From an uncultured bacterium (GTDB lineage: Bacteria; Krumholzibacteriota; Krumholzibacteriia; LZORAL124-64-63): 64,000 nucleotides of DNA. The notes under the pieces are model-generated. The model saw only the letters and a list, made by a program, of their open reading frames with translations. It was not told where the DNA came from and searched no databases. Where the stretch lies: contig CAVSZB010000008.1 of the NCBI GenBank assembly GCA_963732385.1, positions 64,001 to 128,000 of the forward strand, read 5' to 3'. Both the position numbers and the translations under genes were made by a program. This document shows positions 1 to 11,626 of the stretch, piece by piece (the stretch's first letter is position 1; each line of letters opens with the position of its first letter).

Positions 1-1
1 C

Positions 2-520
2 GGCCGCGGGACGGTGGCGACCGGTCGTATCGAGCGCGGGATCACGCACACGGGCGACGCGGTGGAACTGGTGGGCATCCGGGCCGTGCAGAAGACAGTG
101 GTCACGGGCGTGGAGATGTTCCGGAAGATCCTGGACGAAGGGCGCGCGGGCGACAACGTCGGCCTTCTGCTGCGCGGGATGAAGAAGGAAGACATCGAGC
201 GCGGGATGGTGGTTTGCAAGCCTGGCTCGGTGACGCCGCACACGAAGTTCGAGGGCGAGGTCTATATCCTGACGAAGGAGGAGGGCGGTCGTCACACGCC
301 GTTCTTCACCGGATATCGTCCGCAGTTCTACTTCCGGACGACCGATGTGACCGGCTCGGCGCATCTGCCCGAAGGGGTGGAGATGGTGATGCCGGGCGAC
401 AATATCAAGGTGACGGTGGAACTGATCACGCCGATCGCGATGGAAGAGGGGCTCCGGTTCGCGATCCGCGAGGGCGGACGCACGGTCGGGGCAGGCGTCG
501 TCGCCAAGATCCTCGCGTAG
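2..520 (+). CDS. tuf: Elongation factor Tu (3' part; truncated by window start)
   Basis: [45 protein letters not shown] motifs. Confidence 0.99.
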   Translation, partial: GRGTVATGRIERGITHTGDAVELVGIRAVQKTVVTGVEMFRKILDEGRAGDNVGLLLRGMKKEDIERGMVVCKPGSVTPHTKFEGEVYILTKEEGGRHTPFFTGYRPQFYFRTTDVTGSAHLPEGVEMVMPGDNIKVTVELITPIAMEEGLRFAIREGGRTVGAGVVAKILA

Positions 521-646
521 CGGAAGGAATCGGGGCCGGTGCGCCGGCCCCGCGGCACTGCCGCCCGAAGCGGCGGAGCGCGCGACAGGTGAGCAGGCGC
601 CGGCCGCAGGTCGGCGAAGCTGGGGTAGCCTCGCGAAGGAGATGAA

Positions 647-955
647 GTGGCAAGACAGAACATCAAGATCCGCCTTAAGGCCTACGAGGCCGCGGTGCTG
701 GATCGATCGGCGCAGATCATCGTGCAGACGGCGCTGCGGACCGGAGCCCTCGTGAAGGGTCCGGTGCCGCTGCCGACCAAGCGCTCGTTCTACACCGTGT
801 TGCGCTCGCCGCACGTGGACAAGAAGTCGCGTGAGCAGTTCGAAATGCGGATCCACAAGCGGCTGATCGAGATCGAGAACTCGACCCCGCAGACCACCGA
901 ATTTCTGCGCAAGCTGACGCTGCCGGCCAGCGTCGACGTAGAAATCAAGGTCTGA
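647..955 (+). CDS. rpsJ: 30S ribosomal protein S10
   Basis: [24 protein letters not shown] start after AAGGAG. Confidence 0.99.
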   Translation: MARQNIKIRLKAYEAAVLDRSAQIIVQTALRTGALVKGPVPLPTKRSFYTVLRSPHVDKKSREQFEMRIHKRLIEIENSTPQTTEFLRKLTLPASVDVEIKV

Positions 956-1002
956 CGGCCAGACTGTCCGCGCGGGGCCAGGGAGCCATAAGGGAGCCAG
1001 TG

Positions 1003-1626
1003 ATGAAGGGACTGATCGGCAAGAAGATTGGCATGACGCGCCAGTTCGACGAGAACGGGCGCGCGGTGCCGGTCACCGTGATACAGGCCGGTCCCTGCGT
1101 CGTGACGCAGGTCAAGACCGTCGCCCGCGATGGCTATGACGCTGTTCAGGTCGGCTTCGGCAATACCAAGCCGAAGAACACTCCGTTGCCGTTGCAAGGG
1201 CATTTTCGCCGCGCGGGTGTCACAGACATGCCGCGCGTAATGCGGGAATTCGCCAGCGAAGGGACGCCTGCCTGCAAGCCTGGCGATCGTCTCGATGTGT
1301 CGCTGCTCGAAGGGGTCCTGCAGGTGGATGTGACCGGGGTGACGAAGGGGCGGGGTTTCGCGGGCACCATCAAGCGGTGGAACTATCACCGCGGCCCCGC
1401 GGCCCACGGCAGCAAGAACGTCCGCGAGCCCGGCTCGATCGGTATGCATACCAAGCCTGGCCGCGTGATCAAGGGCAAGCATCTGCCCGGGCACTATGGC
1501 GCCAAGCGGGAAACGAAGAAGAACCTGACCGTTTTCAAGATCGACCCCGAGCGGAACCTCCTGCTGGTGAAGGGGAGCGTTCCGGGCTGCCGAAACGGGA
1601 TCGTGTACATCCGGCCGAGCCGCTAG
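1003..1626 (+). CDS. rplC: 50S ribosomal protein L3
   Basis: [28 protein letters not shown]; operon position. Confidence 0.98.
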   Translation: MKGLIGKKIGMTRQFDENGRAVPVTVIQAGPCVVTQVKTVARDGYDAVQVGFGNTKPKNTPLPLQGHFRRAGVTDMPRVMREFASEGTPACKPGDRLDVSLLEGVLQVDVTGVTKGRGFAGTIKRWNYHRGPAAHGSKNVREPGSIGMHTKPGRVIKGKHLPGHYGAKRETKKNLTVFKIDPERNLLLVKGSVPGCRNGIVYIRPSR

Positions 1627-1671
1627 CGCGGCCGGCGGACCCGAACGGGTCCGTCGCGATGAGGGAGACCC

Positions 1672-2301
1672 ATGGCTACGGCGAATCTCTTCAGCAGGAC
1701 CGGCGAGTCGCAGGGCACGGTGCCGCTGCCGGACGCCCTGTTCGAGCAGCCGGTGCACCGGCAGGCCCTCTGGGAGGCTGTCAAGTGCTACCTGGCCAAT
1801 CAGCGCCACGGCACGCATGACACCCAGACCCGCGGCGAGGTCGCCTATTCGGGGCGCAAGCTGTATCGCCAGAAGGGCACGGGGCGCGCCCGCGCGGGCG
1901 ATGCGCGTTCGCCGGTGCGCGTGGGTGGCGGCACGATCTTCGGTCCGCATCCGCGTGACTACGGCTACAAGCTGCCGAAGCAGGTCAAGCGGATTGCGCT
2001 GACTTCGGCGTTGAGCGACCGGGCCACGCATGGGCGGGTGCTCGTGGTGGAGGATTTTTCGCTCGAGAAGCCGCGGACCAGTGAGATGGCGAAGCTTCTG
2101 GCGGCCCTGCCGCTCCAGGAAGCACATACGTTGTTCGTTCTGCCGCGCGAGGCGAATAACCTGTGGAAGTCGTTGCGCAACGTGCGCAACGTGCGCGTTC
2201 TGCGCAGCCACGAATTGAACACGTATACTGTTCTCTGGGCGGACAACTTGGTATTCACAAGGACCGCCCTCGGCGGCGCCGAGGAGGTGTTCGGGTCGTG
2301 A
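1672..2301 (+). CDS. rplD: 50S ribosomal protein L4
   Basis: [19 protein letters not shown]. Confidence 0.98.
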   Translation: MATANLFSRTGESQGTVPLPDALFEQPVHRQALWEAVKCYLANQRHGTHDTQTRGEVAYSGRKLYRQKGTGRARAGDARSPVRVGGGTIFGPHPRDYGYKLPKQVKRIALTSALSDRATHGRVLVVEDFSLEKPRTSEMAKLLAALPLQEAHTLFVLPREANNLWKSLRNVRNVRVLRSHELNTYTVLWADNLVFTRTALGGAEEVFGS

Positions 2302-2588
2302 AGGAACTCAGTCAGGTTATCCGGCGCCCGTTGATCACCGAACGCGGCGCGGCCATGCGCGAGGCGCACAACCAGTACTATTTCGCGGTGTTGCCCGCAG
2401 CGAACAAGCACGAGATCAAGCAGGCCGTAGAGCACTTCTTCGGCGTCAAGGTCGTCGATGTGCGCACCCAGAACCGGCCCGGCAAGCCGAAGCGTCTGGG
2501 CCGGTTCGCGGGCGAGCGCTCGGCCTGGAAAAAGGCAATTGTCACGCTGGCCGCCGATGAAAGCATCGACCTGTTCGACCTGACCTGA
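2298..2588 (+). CDS. rplW: 50S ribosomal protein L23
   Basis: [28 protein letters not shown] start overlapping rplD stop. Confidence 0.97.
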   Translation: MKELSQVIRRPLITERGAAMREAHNQYYFAVLPAANKHEIKQAVEHFFGVKVVDVRTQNRPGKPKRLGRFAGERSAWKKAIVTLAADESIDLFDLT

Positions 2589-2646
2589 TCCGGGCCGGCC
2601 GCGGCGGCCGTGGGGCCGCGCGGACCCGAAGGGGAGTTGGAGCAAG

Positions 2647-3474
2647 ATGGCGATCAAAAAGCTGAAGCCCGTCACGCCCGGCCAGCGCTTCCGCACGGTT
2701 TCCGACTTCGCGGAACTGACTACGTCGACTCCGGAGAAATCGCTGATCAGGCCGTTGAAGAAGAGCGGTGGGCGCAACAACCGTGGTCGGGTCACCGCTT
2801 TCCAGCGTGGCGGCGGACACAAGCGGCGCTATCGCCTGATCGACTTCAAGCGCGACAAGCTGAACATCCCGGCCCGCGTATCGACGATCGAGTACGATCC
2901 CAACCGCAGCGGGCGCATCGTGTTGCTGGTCTACGCCGATGGCGAGAAGCGCTACATCCTCTGGCCGAACGGGCTGAAGGTGGGCGACACGGTGATAGCG
3001 GGCGACGACGTTGCGTTCAACGTCGGCAATGCGCTGCCGCTCGGCAAGATCCCGCTCGGTACGTTGGTGCACAACGTGGAGCTGCAGCTGGGCCGCGGCG
3101 GGCAGATGGCCCGCAGTGCCGGTTCCTACGCCCAGGTCATGGCCAAGGAAGGCGACTACGTCACTCTGCGCCTGCCCAGCGGGGAAGTGCGCATGGTGCA
3201 CCGCCGCTGTTGCGCCACGATCGGCGAGATGGGCAATGCCACGCATGAGAACGTCATCATCGGCAAGGCCGGCAAGTCGCGCTGGCTCGGCCGGCGCCCG
3301 CATGTGCGCGGCGTGGCGATGAATCCCTTCGACCACCCGCACGGCGGTGGCGAGGGTCGCACCTCGGGCGGGCGGCATCCCTGCACTCCGTGGGGCAAGC
3401 CGACCAAGGGTTACAAGACGCGCAAGAAGCAGCCGTCCGACGCTTTCATCGTGCGGCGGCGGAACGCGAAGTAG
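2647..3474 (+). CDS. rplB: 50S ribosomal protein L2
   Basis: [34 protein letters not shown]. Confidence 0.99.
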   Translation: MAIKKLKPVTPGQRFRTVSDFAELTTSTPEKSLIRPLKKSGGRNNRGRVTAFQRGGGHKRRYRLIDFKRDKLNIPARVSTIEYDPNRSGRIVLLVYADGEKRYILWPNGLKVGDTVIAGDDVAFNVGNALPLGKIPLGTLVHNVELQLGRGGQMARSAGSYAQVMAKEGDYVTLRLPSGEVRMVHRRCCATIGEMGNATHENVIIGKAGKSRWLGRRPHVRGVAMNPFDHPHGGGEGRTSGGRHPCTPWGKPTKGYKTRKKQPSDAFIVRRRNAK

Positions 3475-3525
3475 CGGCGGACTGTCGGGTCCGTACACGG
3501 CCCTGACGCGGAGGATGCAGACGGC

Positions 3526-3801
3526 ATGAGTCGATCCATAAAGAAGGGTCCCTTCATCAGCGATCACCTCCTGCACAAGGTGGAGGAGCTGAACGGCAAG
3601 GGCGAGAAGCGGGTCGTCAAGACCTGGGCGCGTCGTTGCACCATCGTTCCCGAGTTTCTCGGGCACACGCTGGCCGTGCACAACGGGAAGCAGTTCGTCC
3701 CGGTGTACGTGCAGGAGAACATGGTGGGGCACAAGCTCGGTGAATTCGCGCCCTCGCGGACCTACCGCGGGCACACGAGCAAAGAAAAGTCAAAGAAGTA
3801 G
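3526..3801 (+). CDS. rpsS: 30S ribosomal protein S19
   Basis: [20 protein letters not shown]. Confidence 0.99.
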   Translation: MSRSIKKGPFISDHLLHKVEELNGKGEKRVVKTWARRCTIVPEFLGHTLAVHNGKQFVPVYVQENMVGHKLGEFAPSRTYRGHTSKEKSKK

Positions 3802-3830
3802 GGCCACGGCCCGTCGGAGGTTGAGAGCGT

Positions 3831-4175
3831 ATGGAGTCCCGAGCGACGGCGCGCCACATTCGCATCGCCCCCCGCAAGGCGCGGGTGGTGGCGGACCTCG
3901 TGCGCGGCAAGAGCGTGGAGCAGGCGCTGATCATCCTCTCGCTGACGCCTAAGAAGGCGTCGCCGATCCTGAGGAAGGCGATCCTCTCGGCGGCGGCCGG
4001 CCTTCGCGAGCGCGAGGATGGGGCCAAGTTCGACCACGCGCATCTCGTGGTGAGCGATGTCCGCGTGGACCAGGGACCGATGCAGAAGCGCATCCGGCCG
4101 CGCGCACAGGGGCGAGCGTACCGCATCCTGAAGCGATCGAGCCATTTCAAGGTAACGGTTTCGTCCGTCGGCTAG
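3831..4175 (+). CDS. rplV: 50S ribosomal protein L22
   Basis: PRKARVVADLVRG, RPRAQGRA. Confidence 0.98.
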   Translation: MESRATARHIRIAPRKARVVADLVRGKSVEQALIILSLTPKKASPILRKAILSAAAGLREREDGAKFDHAHLVVSDVRVDQGPMQKRIRPRAQGRAYRILKRSSHFKVTVSSVG

Positions 4176-4265
4176 GCCGGCGAACGGTCGGGGCCGCCAC
4201 GGCGACCCCGACGGCGCCGCGATCGCCCGGGCGGGCGCGGCGGGGCAGTCAGGAAAGGAAGGCAC

Positions 4266-4940
4266 ATGGGGCAGAAGACACATCCGGTGGGTTTCCGGCT
4301 TGGCATCGTGAAGGACTGGAACTCGACCTGGTTCAGCGACAAGGGCTACGCTGACTGGCTCAACGAGGACCTGCTGCTGCGCCGCTATATCCTGGCGCGC
4401 GTGGGCAACGCGGGCGTTGCCTGGGTCAAGATCCGGCGCCACCGGGAGAAGGTCACGATCATCGTAGGCACCAGCCGCCCCGGGGTGGTCATCGGGCGCA
4501 AGGGCGCGAAGGCCGATCAGCTCCGCGCGGAGCTGCAGAAGATGATCAAGAAGGACGTCAAGCTGGACGTCGAGGAGATCAAGAAGCCGGAGTTGTCGGC
4601 GCCCCTGGTGGCGGAGCATGTGGGTCTGCAGTTGACGGGTCGTGTTTCGTTCCGCCGCGCCATGAAGAAGTCGATTGCCACGGCCATGCGCATGGGTGCG
4701 AAGGGCATCAAGATCCGCTGCGCCGGTCGGCTGGGCGGCGCCGAGATGGCCCGCGTCGAGAACTACAAGGACGGCAGCGTGCCTCTGCATACGCTCCGGG
4801 CGGACATCGATTACGGCCAGTACACGGCGCGCACGACGTACGGGGCCATTGGCGTGAAGGTATGGATCTGCAGGGGTGAGGTGTTCCCGGCGGATTTCAA
4901 GAATCAGCTGCGCGGCACCATCCACGAGGAACGCTCCTGA
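4266..4940 (+). CDS. rpsC: 30S ribosomal protein S3
   Basis: MGQKTHPVGFRLG, GRLGGAEMAR, PLHTLRADIDY. Confidence 0.99.
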   Translation: MGQKTHPVGFRLGIVKDWNSTWFSDKGYADWLNEDLLLRRYILARVGNAGVAWVKIRRHREKVTIIVGTSRPGVVIGRKGAKADQLRAELQKMIKKDVKLDVEEIKKPELSAPLVAEHVGLQLTGRVSFRRAMKKSIATAMRMGAKGIKIRCAGRLGGAEMARVENYKDGSVPLHTLRADIDYGQYTARTTYGAIGVKVWICRGEVFPADFKNQLRGTIHEERS

Positions 4941-4999
4941 CGGAAGCGGCCCGGCGTCGCTGATGCGACCGGGGCCAGGCTGGGAGAGGACGACGAGCC

Positions 5000-5413
5000 A
5001 TGTTGATGCCCAAGAGGACGAAGTTCCGCAAGATGATGAAGGGCCGGCGTCGGGGCCTGGCCTTCCGCGGGTCGACGATCGCCTTCGGCGATTTCGGCCT
5101 GCAGGTCCTGGAGCCCGGCTGGCTGAAGAGCCGGCAGATCGAGGCCGCCCGTATCGCGATCACGCGCCAGATGAAGCGCGCGGGCAATGTCTGGATCCGG
5201 GTCTTTCCGGACAAGCCGATCACGCTCAAGCCGGCGGAGACGCGCATGGGCAAGGGCAAGGGCAGTCCGGAGTACTGGGTCGCCGTGGTGAAGCCGGGTC
5301 GGATCCTGTTCGAGATCAACGGCGTCAACGGCGACACCGCCAAGACCGCGCTGAACCTGGGCGCCTCGAAGCTGCCCTTCAAGACGCGCATCGTTCGTCG
5401 GGAAGGGGAGTGA
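5000..5413 (+). CDS. rplP: 50S ribosomal protein L16
   Basis: [18 protein letters not shown]. Confidence 0.99.
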   Translation: MLMPKRTKFRKMMKGRRRGLAFRGSTIAFGDFGLQVLEPGWLKSRQIEAARIAITRQMKRAGNVWIRVFPDKPITLKPAETRMGKGKGSPEYWVAVVKPGRILFEINGVNGDTAKTALNLGASKLPFKTRIVRREGE

Positions 5414-5414
5414 G

Positions 5415-5618
5415 ATGGCAGGCAGGAAGGCGCACGATCTTCGTGAGATGACGCTCGTGGAACTGGAAAACCTGGGCCGCGAGCAGGCGGAAACCCTGTT
5501 GCAGCAGCGGATGAAGCTCCGCCTGCGTCAGGTGGACAACCCGTTGACGGTCCGCGTGATGCGGAGGGAACTCGCGATCATCAAGACCGTGATCACCGAG
5601 AAGCGGTCGGGCCGCTGA
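5415..5618 (+). CDS. rpmC: 50S ribosomal protein L29
   Basis: DLREMT...[13 protein letters not shown]; between rplP and rpsQ. Confidence 0.93.
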   Translation: MAGRKAHDLREMTLVELENLGREQAETLLQQRMKLRLRQVDNPLTVRVMRRELAIIKTVITEKRSGR

Positions 5619-5674
5619 TGCGGGCCGGCAAACCGTCCCGGGAGCAGGCTGCCGGCGGGACAGGGAGAGCTGAG

Positions 5675-5950
5675 ATGGAGAAGCAGGAGCAGGGGCAGGA
5701 CAGGAACCTGAGGATGGTGCGCATAGGGAGCGTTGTGTCCAGCGACATGGACAAGACGATCGTCGTGCGCGTCGACCGCCGGATCCAGCATCCCCTCTAC
5801 AAGCGGATCGTCAGTCGCTCCTCCAAGCTCTACGCCCATGATGAGGCGAACGAGTGCAAGGTCGGCGACGTTGTCAAAGTCATGTCCACGCGGCCGCTTT
5901 CGAAGACGAAGCGCTGGCGTGTCGCCGAGATCATCGAGCGGGCAAAGTAA
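5675..5950 (+). CDS. rpsQ: 30S ribosomal protein S17
   Basis: [22 protein letters not shown]. Confidence 0.97.
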   Translation: MEKQEQGQDRNLRMVRIGSVVSSDMDKTIVVRVDRRIQHPLYKRIVSRSSKLYAHDEANECKVGDVVKVMSTRPLSKTKRWRVAEIIERAK

Positions 5951-5970
5951 GAGAGCCCGGAGGACGGATC

Positions 5971-6339
5971 ATGATCCAGGAATATTCGATGCTCACAATC
6001 GCCGACAACTCCGGCGCCAAGACGGCCCGCTGCATCCGTGTTCTGGGCGGATCGGGGCGCCGCTATGCGCACGTCGGTGACGTTATTGTCGTGACCATCA
6101 AGAGCGCCATCCCCAACAGCAACTTCAAGAAGGGGCAGGTGGCGAAAGCGGTGGTGGTCAGGACCAAAAAGGAGATCGGCCGCAAGGACGGCTCCTACAT
6201 CCGTTTCGGCGAGAACGCTGCGGTCATCATCAACGATGACAAGGAGCCGGTGGGGACGCGCATTTTCGGTCCCGTCGCCCGGGAACTCCGCGACCATCGT
6301 TTCATGAAGATCGTATCTCTCGCCCCGGAGGTGCTGTGA
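5971..6339 (+). CDS. rplN: 50S ribosomal protein L14
   Basis: [29 protein letters not shown]. Confidence 0.99.
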   Translation: MIQEYSMLTIADNSGAKTARCIRVLGGSGRRYAHVGDVIVVTIKSAIPNSNFKKGQVAKAVVVRTKKEIGRKDGSYIRFGENAAVIINDDKEPVGTRIFGPVARELRDHRFMKIVSLAPEVL

Positions 6340-6653
6340 TGCACGTCCGCAAGAATGACAAGGTCAAGGTGATCTCCGGCAATGATCGCGGAAAGATCGG
6401 GCAGGTGCTCAAGGTCTTCCCGGAAACGAACAAGGTCATCGTTGAAAAGGTCAACCTGATCAAGCGCCACACCAAACGCAGCCAGGCCATGCCGCAGGGC
6501 GGCATCATCGAGAAGGAGGGGCCGATCACGGTCTCGACGGTGATGTTGATCTGTCCGAAGTGTGGCGAAGCGGCACGCACCGGGCGGGTGGTCCTCGCGG
6601 ACGGCTCGCGCGCGCGGTCGTGCAAGAGTTGCGGGGAGATGTTGGGCGAGTAG
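6339..6653 (+). CDS. rplX: 50S ribosomal protein L24
   Basis: KOW motif [24 protein letters not shown]. Confidence 0.98.
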   Translation: MHVRKNDKVKVISGNDRGKIGQVLKVFPETNKVIVEKVNLIKRHTKRSQAMPQGGIIEKEGPITVSTVMLICPKCGEAARTGRVVLADGSRARSCKSCGEMLGE

Positions 6654-6681
6654 ACGGGACCTCGGGGAGGAACGAGCAGAG

Positions 6682-7275
6682 ATGGCGAAGAAGAAGGAAG
6701 TGGCGGCGCCCGCCCAGCCGACCGGCCCCCGGCCGAAACCGCGGCTGCGCGAGTACTACGAGCAGTCGGTCATGACCGCGCTGCAGGAGAAGTTCGGCTA
6801 TACGAACCGGATGATGATCCCGAAACCGGTGAAGGTTGTGCTGAACATGGGCATGGGCAAGGCCGTGCAGAACCCCAAGCTCCTGGACGGAGCGCTGGCG
6901 GATCTGGGGACGGTGAGCGGGCAACTGCCTGTGACGACCTACGCCAAGAAGTCGATCTCGAACTTCAAGATCCGGCAGGGCATGCCGATCGGTGCGCGGG
7001 TCACGCTGCGCGGCGAACGGATGTGGGAGTTCCTGGATCGTTTCATCAATTTCGCCCTGCCCCGTCTGCGCGACTTCCGCGGTGTGCCTACCAAGTTGAG
7101 CGGCAGCGGCGACTTCACTCTGGGCCTGAAGGACCAGGTGGTGTTCCCCGAAATCGATTACGACAAGGTGGACGCGCCGCGTGGAATGAACCTGACGATC
7201 GTGACCACCGCCCGCAACGATGAAGAGGGCAGAGAGCTTCTCAAGCTCATGGGGATGCCGTTCCGGCGTTCGTAG
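6682..7275 (+). CDS. rplE: 50S ribosomal protein L5
   Basis: [28 protein letters not shown]. Confidence 0.98.
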   Translation: MAKKKEVAAPAQPTGPRPKPRLREYYEQSVMTALQEKFGYTNRMMIPKPVKVVLNMGMGKAVQNPKLLDGALADLGTVSGQLPVTTYAKKSISNFKIRQGMPIGARVTLRGERMWEFLDRFINFALPRLRDFRGVPTKLSGSGDFTLGLKDQVVFPEIDYDKVDAPRGMNLTIVTTARNDEEGRELLKLMGMPFRRS

Positions 7276-7286
7276 GAGGACCTGAC

Positions 7287-7472
7287 TTGGCCAAGAAGTC
7301 CCTGATCGCCAAAGCCAACCGGCCGCCGAAGTTCAAAGTGAGAGGCTACAACCGCTGCCGCCGCTGCGGGCGGCCGCGAGGGTACCTGCGGCAGTTCGGC
7401 ATGTGCAGGATCTGCTTCCGGGAGCTGGCGCTGCGGGGCGACCTCCCGGGCATAGTCAAGGCGAGCTGGTAA
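7287..7472 (+). CDS. rpsN: 30S ribosomal protein S14, zinc-binding type Z
   Basis: 61 aa, RCRRCGR...CRICFRE, KASW; TTG start after AGGAGG. Confidence 0.98.
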   Translation: MAKKSLIAKANRPPKFKVRGYNRCRRCGRPRGYLRQFGMCRICFRELALRGDLPGIVKASW

Positions 7473-7495
7473 AGCGCAGCGAGGAGTTGGGTAGC

Positions 7496-7903
7496 ATGAG
7501 CATGACCGATCCCATTGCGGACATGTTGACGCGGATCCGTAATGCCACGCAGGCGGGTCACCGTCGCGTGGAAATGCCTGCCTCGAACGCCAAGCGGGCT
7601 ATTGCCCGGGTGCTCAAGGAACAGGGCTACATCGCGGATGCGGCGGATGTTCCGCAGGGGCCCCAGGGGCTCCTGAGACTGACGCTCAAGTATTACGAGC
7701 GGGACGGCAAGCGCACGGGCGTGATCGAAGGCATCCGCCGGATCAGCGCGCCCGGTCGTCGCATCTACGCCGACAGGGAGACCATCCCCAAGGTGTGCGG
7801 CGGCTTCGGCATTGCCATCCTGTCCACGAACCGGGGCATCATGACCGGCCACCAGTGCCGCATCCAGGGCATCGGCGGCGAGGTGCTGGCCGAGGTCTGG
7901 TAA
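7496..7903 (+). CDS. rpsH: 30S ribosomal protein S8
   Basis: MTDPIADMLTRIRN, GGEVLAEVW. Confidence 0.99.
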   Translation: MSMTDPIADMLTRIRNATQAGHRRVEMPASNAKRAIARVLKEQGYIADAADVPQGPQGLLRLTLKYYERDGKRTGVIEGIRRISAPGRRIYADRETIPKVCGGFGIAILSTNRGIMTGHQCRIQGIGGEVLAEVW

Positions 7904-7931
7904 CCTCGGCAGTCTGCGGAGGAAGGGAACC

Positions 7932-8471
7932 ATGTCGCGCATTGGCAAGAAGCCGATTCCGATTCCTGCCGGAGTGACCGTCGCGGTCGAGGGCGAGACT
8001 TCGATCGTGAAGGGTCCGAAGGGGGAGTTGCGCCAGCATGTGCCGACCGGTCTCGGGTACGAGATGGTCGAGGGCCAGCTGTGCATCATTCGCCCCGACG
8101 ATAGCCGGAGGATGAGAGCGTGTCACGGACTCGTGCGTGCACTCATCGCCAACCAGGTTACGGGCGTCACCGTGGGATTCAAACGGACGCTGGACATCAT
8201 TGGCGTCGGCTACCGCGCCGCAGTCAAGGGCGACGTCCTCGACCTGCAGTTGCAGTTCAGCCACCCGGTGAGCTATGCGATCCCCGCGGGGATCACCATC
8301 AACTGCCCGGACCCGACGAAAATCGAGGTTTCCGGCCTGGATAAGCAGCGGGTGGGGCAGGTGGCGTCCGAGATACGAGCCTATCGGCCGCCCGAGCCTT
8401 ACAAGGGCAAGGGAATCAAGTACTCAGATGAGATCATCATCCGGAAGGCCGGTAAGACTGCCGGCAAGTAG
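7932..8471 (+). CDS. rplF: 50S ribosomal protein L6
   Basis: MSRIGKKPI, PEPYKGKGI. Confidence 0.99.
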   Translation: MSRIGKKPIPIPAGVTVAVEGETSIVKGPKGELRQHVPTGLGYEMVEGQLCIIRPDDSRRMRACHGLVRALIANQVTGVTVGFKRTLDIIGVGYRAAVKGDVLDLQLQFSHPVSYAIPAGITINCPDPTKIEVSGLDKQRVGQVASEIRAYRPPEPYKGKGIKYSDEIIIRKAGKTAGK

Positions 8472-8498
8472 CCCGGCGGGGTCGGGAGGTTGGCGCTC

Positions 8499-8876
8499 AT
8501 GGACCAGTCGAGCAAGCAGAGGAAGGAAGGGCGTCAGCGCCGGAAGGTGCGCGTCCGTCGCAAGGTCAGCGGCACACCGGAGCGCCCGCGGCTGTCGGTG
8601 TTCCGCAGCCACCGGGGCATCTACGCCCAGGTCGTGGACGACTCGCTGGGGCGGACTCTGCTGGCGGCCGCAAGCGGCAGGCTTGCAGACGAAGCGCCCG
8701 TACCCGAAGGGCTCGGCGGCAAGTGCGCCGCGGCGTACCGGGTGGGTCGCCAGGTCGCTGCACTGGCGAAGGAGAAGGGGATCAGCATGATCGTCTTCGA
8801 CCGCAGCGGCTACCTCTATCACGGACGCATCGCTGCTCTGGCCCGAGGGGTCAGAGACGGCGGGATTCAGTTCTAG
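8499..8876 (+). CDS. rplR: 50S ribosomal protein L18
   Basis: [21 protein letters not shown]. Confidence 0.98.
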   Translation: MDQSSKQRKEGRQRRKVRVRRKVSGTPERPRLSVFRSHRGIYAQVVDDSLGRTLLAAASGRLADEAPVPEGLGGKCAAAYRVGRQVAALAKEKGISMIVFDRSGYLYHGRIAALARGVRDGGIQF

Positions 8877-8907
8877 GCCGGGAAGGCAAGAGGGGAGCGG
8901 GACACCG

Positions 8908-9639
8908 ATGAGCGAGATGGCAAGACCTCCGCGCAACGATGCCGGCACGGCCCCGCGCCGCGGTGGTGGCGGCGGCGGGTTCGGCGGCGGCGGGTTCGGT
9001 GGCGGTGGGTTCGGTGGGTCGCATGGCGGACCACGGGGGGGCGGTGGCCCGGGGGGCGGCGGCCCCGGTCGCGGAGGGCCCGGTTTCGGCGGTCCCCGTC
9101 GTGATGACCGCGGTCCGGCGCGCGACGGCGCGGGCGATATGCAGGAGAACGTGATCCACATCAATCGCGTGGCGAAGGTCGTCAAGGGTGGACGCCGGTT
9201 CAGCTTCAACGCGATCGTGGCGATCGGCGACGGCAAGGGATCCGTCGGAGTGGCGCTGGGCAAGGCCAACGAGATCGCGGACGCGATCCGCAAGGCGTCC
9301 GAAGGGGCCCGGGCTACGCAGATCACGGTGCCGATCAAGAACAGCACGATCCCGTACGCGGTGGTCGGCCGCTTCGGAGCGAGCACGGTGCTGCTCAAAC
9401 CGGCTACTCCCGGTACCGGCGTCATTGCCGGCGGCGGGGTGCGCGCGATCCTCGAGGCCGTGGGAATCCGCAACATCCTGACGAAGCAGCTCGGCTCGCG
9501 CAATCCTCACAACGTGGTCAAGGCGACGCTCGACGGCCTGCGGCAGTTGCGCTCGCCCGAGGAGATCGCCCGCAAGCGCGGCCTGACGGTGCCCGAACTG
9601 TTCGGGCTGCCGCGGAAGGAGGCGCCGGCGCATGAGTAG
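8908..9639 (+). CDS. rpsE: 30S ribosomal protein S5 with Gly-rich N-terminal extension
   Basis: [23 protein letters not shown]. Confidence 0.98.
   Translation: MSEMARPPRNDAGTAPRRGGGGGGFGGGGFGGGGFGGSHGGPRGGGGPGGGGPGRGGPGFGGPRRDDRGPARDGAGDMQENVIHINRVAKVVKGGRRFSFNAIVAIGDGKGSVGVALGKANEIADAIRKASEGARATQITVPIKNSTIPYAVVGRFGASTVLLKPATPGTGVIAGGGVRAILEAVGIRNILTKQLGSRNPHNVVKATLDGLRQLRSPEEIARKRGLTVPELFGLPRKEAPAHE
8968..9012 (+). repeat. 3 x 15-bp tandem repeat encoding GGGGF in the S5 N-terminal tail
   Basis: ggcggcggcgggttc x2 plus ggtggcggtgggttc. Confidence 0.85.
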
Positions 9640-9820
9640 CGGCAAAATTCTCATCACGCAGTACCGCGGTCTCATCGGTCGCCCGGAGAAACAGCGCCGC
9701 ATCGTGCGGGCGCTCGGGCTGCGCCACAACCAGACCTCGGTCGTTCACAACGACACGCCGGCTATTCGCGGCATGGCTAACAAGGTCTGCCATCTGGTGC
9801 GCGTGGAAGAGGTGGAGTGA
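9632..9820 (+). CDS. rpmD: 50S ribosomal protein L30
   Basis: [21 protein letters not shown]. Confidence 0.97.
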   Translation: MSSGKILITQYRGLIGRPEKQRRIVRALGLRHNQTSVVHNDTPAIRGMANKVCHLVRVEEVE

Positions 9821-9822
9821 CG

Positions 9823-10272
9823 ATGCTGAAGCTGAACAACCTGTCGGCCCCCAAGGGCGCGAACCGCAAAATCAAGCGGATTGGTCGCGGGCCCGGGTCC
9901 GGACATGGCAAGACGTCGGGCAAAGGCCACAAGGGCCAGCGCGCGCGTTCGGGCCCCGGCATCGCGCCGTGGTTCGAGGGCGGGCAGATGCCATTGCAGC
10001 GCCGGGTGCCCAAGCGTGGGTTCACCAACATCTTCAAGAAGGAATTCCAGATCATCAACCTGGAAGACCTCGAGGAGCGTTTCGAGGCGGGCGCCCACGT
10101 GGACGCCCTGGCCCTGGCCATGGTCGGCCTGATCCGCTATCCCGACCGCCCCGTCAAGCTGCTCGCCCGCGGCGCCGTGACGAAAGTGCTGCAGGTGCAT
10201 GTGACGCGGGCCAGCCAGGCGGCGCAGGGCGCCGTGTCGGCGGCTGGCGGTTCCGTGACCGTCGAGGACTGA
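9823..10272 (+). CDS. rplO: 50S ribosomal protein L15
   Basis: GRGPGSGHGKTSGKGHKGQ, FEGGQMPL. Confidence 0.98.
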   Translation: MLKLNNLSAPKGANRKIKRIGRGPGSGHGKTSGKGHKGQRARSGPGIAPWFEGGQMPLQRRVPKRGFTNIFKKEFQIINLEDLEERFEAGAHVDALALAMVGLIRYPDRPVKLLARGAVTKVLQVHVTRASQAAQGAVSAAGGSVTVED

Positions 10273-10315
10273 GCGGGCGAGGGTCCCGGGACCCCCAACA
10301 GAAGGAAACTCGGCA

Positions 10316-11617
10316 GTGAATATCACCGGCAGCTATCAGAGCATGTTCAAGATCCCCGAACTGAAGCGGCGGATCCTGTTCACGGCGCTGATCCTCGTGG
10401 TCTACCGGCTCGGGAGCTATGTCCCATCACCGGGGATCAACATCGAGGCCTTGAAGGGTTTCTTCGCCGACCAGGAGAAGACGCTGCTCGGGCTATACGA
10501 CATGTTCTCCGGAGGCAATCTGCACCAGGCGACGATCTTCGCGCTGGGCATCATGCCCTATATCAGCGCTTCGATCATTTTCCAGCTGCTCCAGGCCGTG
10601 GTGCCGTACTTCGAGAAACTGGCGAAGGAGGGCGAGGAGGGCCGTCGGAAGATCAACCAGTACACCCGCTACGGCACGGTGGCGCTGGCGCTTGTCCAGT
10701 CGTTCGGTATCAGCTTCGCGCTCGAGGGGATGGGCAACATCGTCCTGCACCCCGGGATTGGCTTCAAGCTGTTGACCATGCTCACCCTGACCACGGGAAC
10801 GATTTTCGTCATGTGGCTCGGCGAGCAGATTACGGAACGGGGCATCGGCAACGGCATTTCGCTGATCATCTTCGTCGGGATCATCGCGCGCTATCCGAAC
10901 GACGCGCTTAACACGATGCAGCAGCTGCGATCCGGCGAGATGCACTTCCTCAAGCTGGCCCTCATCCTGGCCTTCATGGCGGTGGTGGTCGGCGGGATCA
11001 TCGCCATTACGCAGGGGCAGCGTCGGATCCCTGTGCAGTACGCCAAGAAGATCGTCGGCCGGCGTATCTACGGTGGCGCGAATACCCACATCCCGCTGCG
11101 AGTCAACACCGCCGGCGTGATCCCGATCATTTTCGCGCAGTCGATCATCATGTTCCCCGGCACGCTCGGCGCGATGTTCCAGAACAACGCCTTCTTCGAG
11201 GGGCTTGCGAGCCTTTTCCGGAACACGCATCCGGTCTACATCATCAGCTATACGACGCTGATCATCCTGTTCACCTACTTCTACACCGCCGTCGTCCTGA
11301 ACCCAGTAGACCTGGCGGACAACATGAAGAAGAACAGCGGTTTCATCCCCGGCGTGCGGCCAGGGAAGAAGACCGCCGAGTATATCGACAAGGTCCTTAC
11401 GCGCGTCACGCTGCCGGGGGCGATGTTCCTGGCGCTGATCGCGGTGCTTCCCGACCTGATGATCAACTGGTTGAACGTGCCGTTCTATTTCGGCGGCACC
11501 GGGCTGCTGATCGTGATCGGTGTGGGGCTGGACACCCTGCAGCAGATCGAATCGCATCTGGTCATGCGTCACTACGATGGCTTCATGTCGCGGGGACGCT
11601 TGCGGGCACGGAGGTAG
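10316..11617 (+). CDS. secY: Preprotein translocase subunit SecY
   Basis: FALGIMPYISASII, GIGNGISL, FIPGVRPG; multiple TM segments. Confidence 0.99.
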   Translation: MNITGSYQSMFKIPELKRRILFTALILVVYRLGSYVPSPGINIEALKGFFADQEKTLLGLYDMFSGGNLHQATIFALGIMPYISASIIFQLLQAVVPYFEKLAKEGEEGRRKINQYTRYGTVALALVQSFGISFALEGMGNIVLHPGIGFKLLTMLTLTTGTIFVMWLGEQITERGIGNGISLIIFVGIIARYPNDALNTMQQLRSGEMHFLKLALILAFMAVVVGGIIAITQGQRRIPVQYAKKIVGRRIYGGANTHIPLRVNTAGVIPIIFAQSIIMFPGTLGAMFQNNAFFEGLASLFRNTHPVYIISYTTLIILFTYFYTAVVLNPVDLADNMKKNSGFIPGVRPGKKTAEYIDKVLTRVTLPGAMFLALIAVLPDLMINWLNVPFYFGGTGLLIVIGVGLDTLQQIESHLVMRHYDGFMSRGRLRARR

Positions 11618-11626
11618 GAGCGATCC

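Noticed and set aside
521..646. GC-rich hairpins in the tuf-rpsJ spacer and other r-protein spacers as ncRNA or leader elements
   Set aside because: Hairpins arise easily at this GC content, there is no shared motif between spacers, and I cannot match a known leader family by eye
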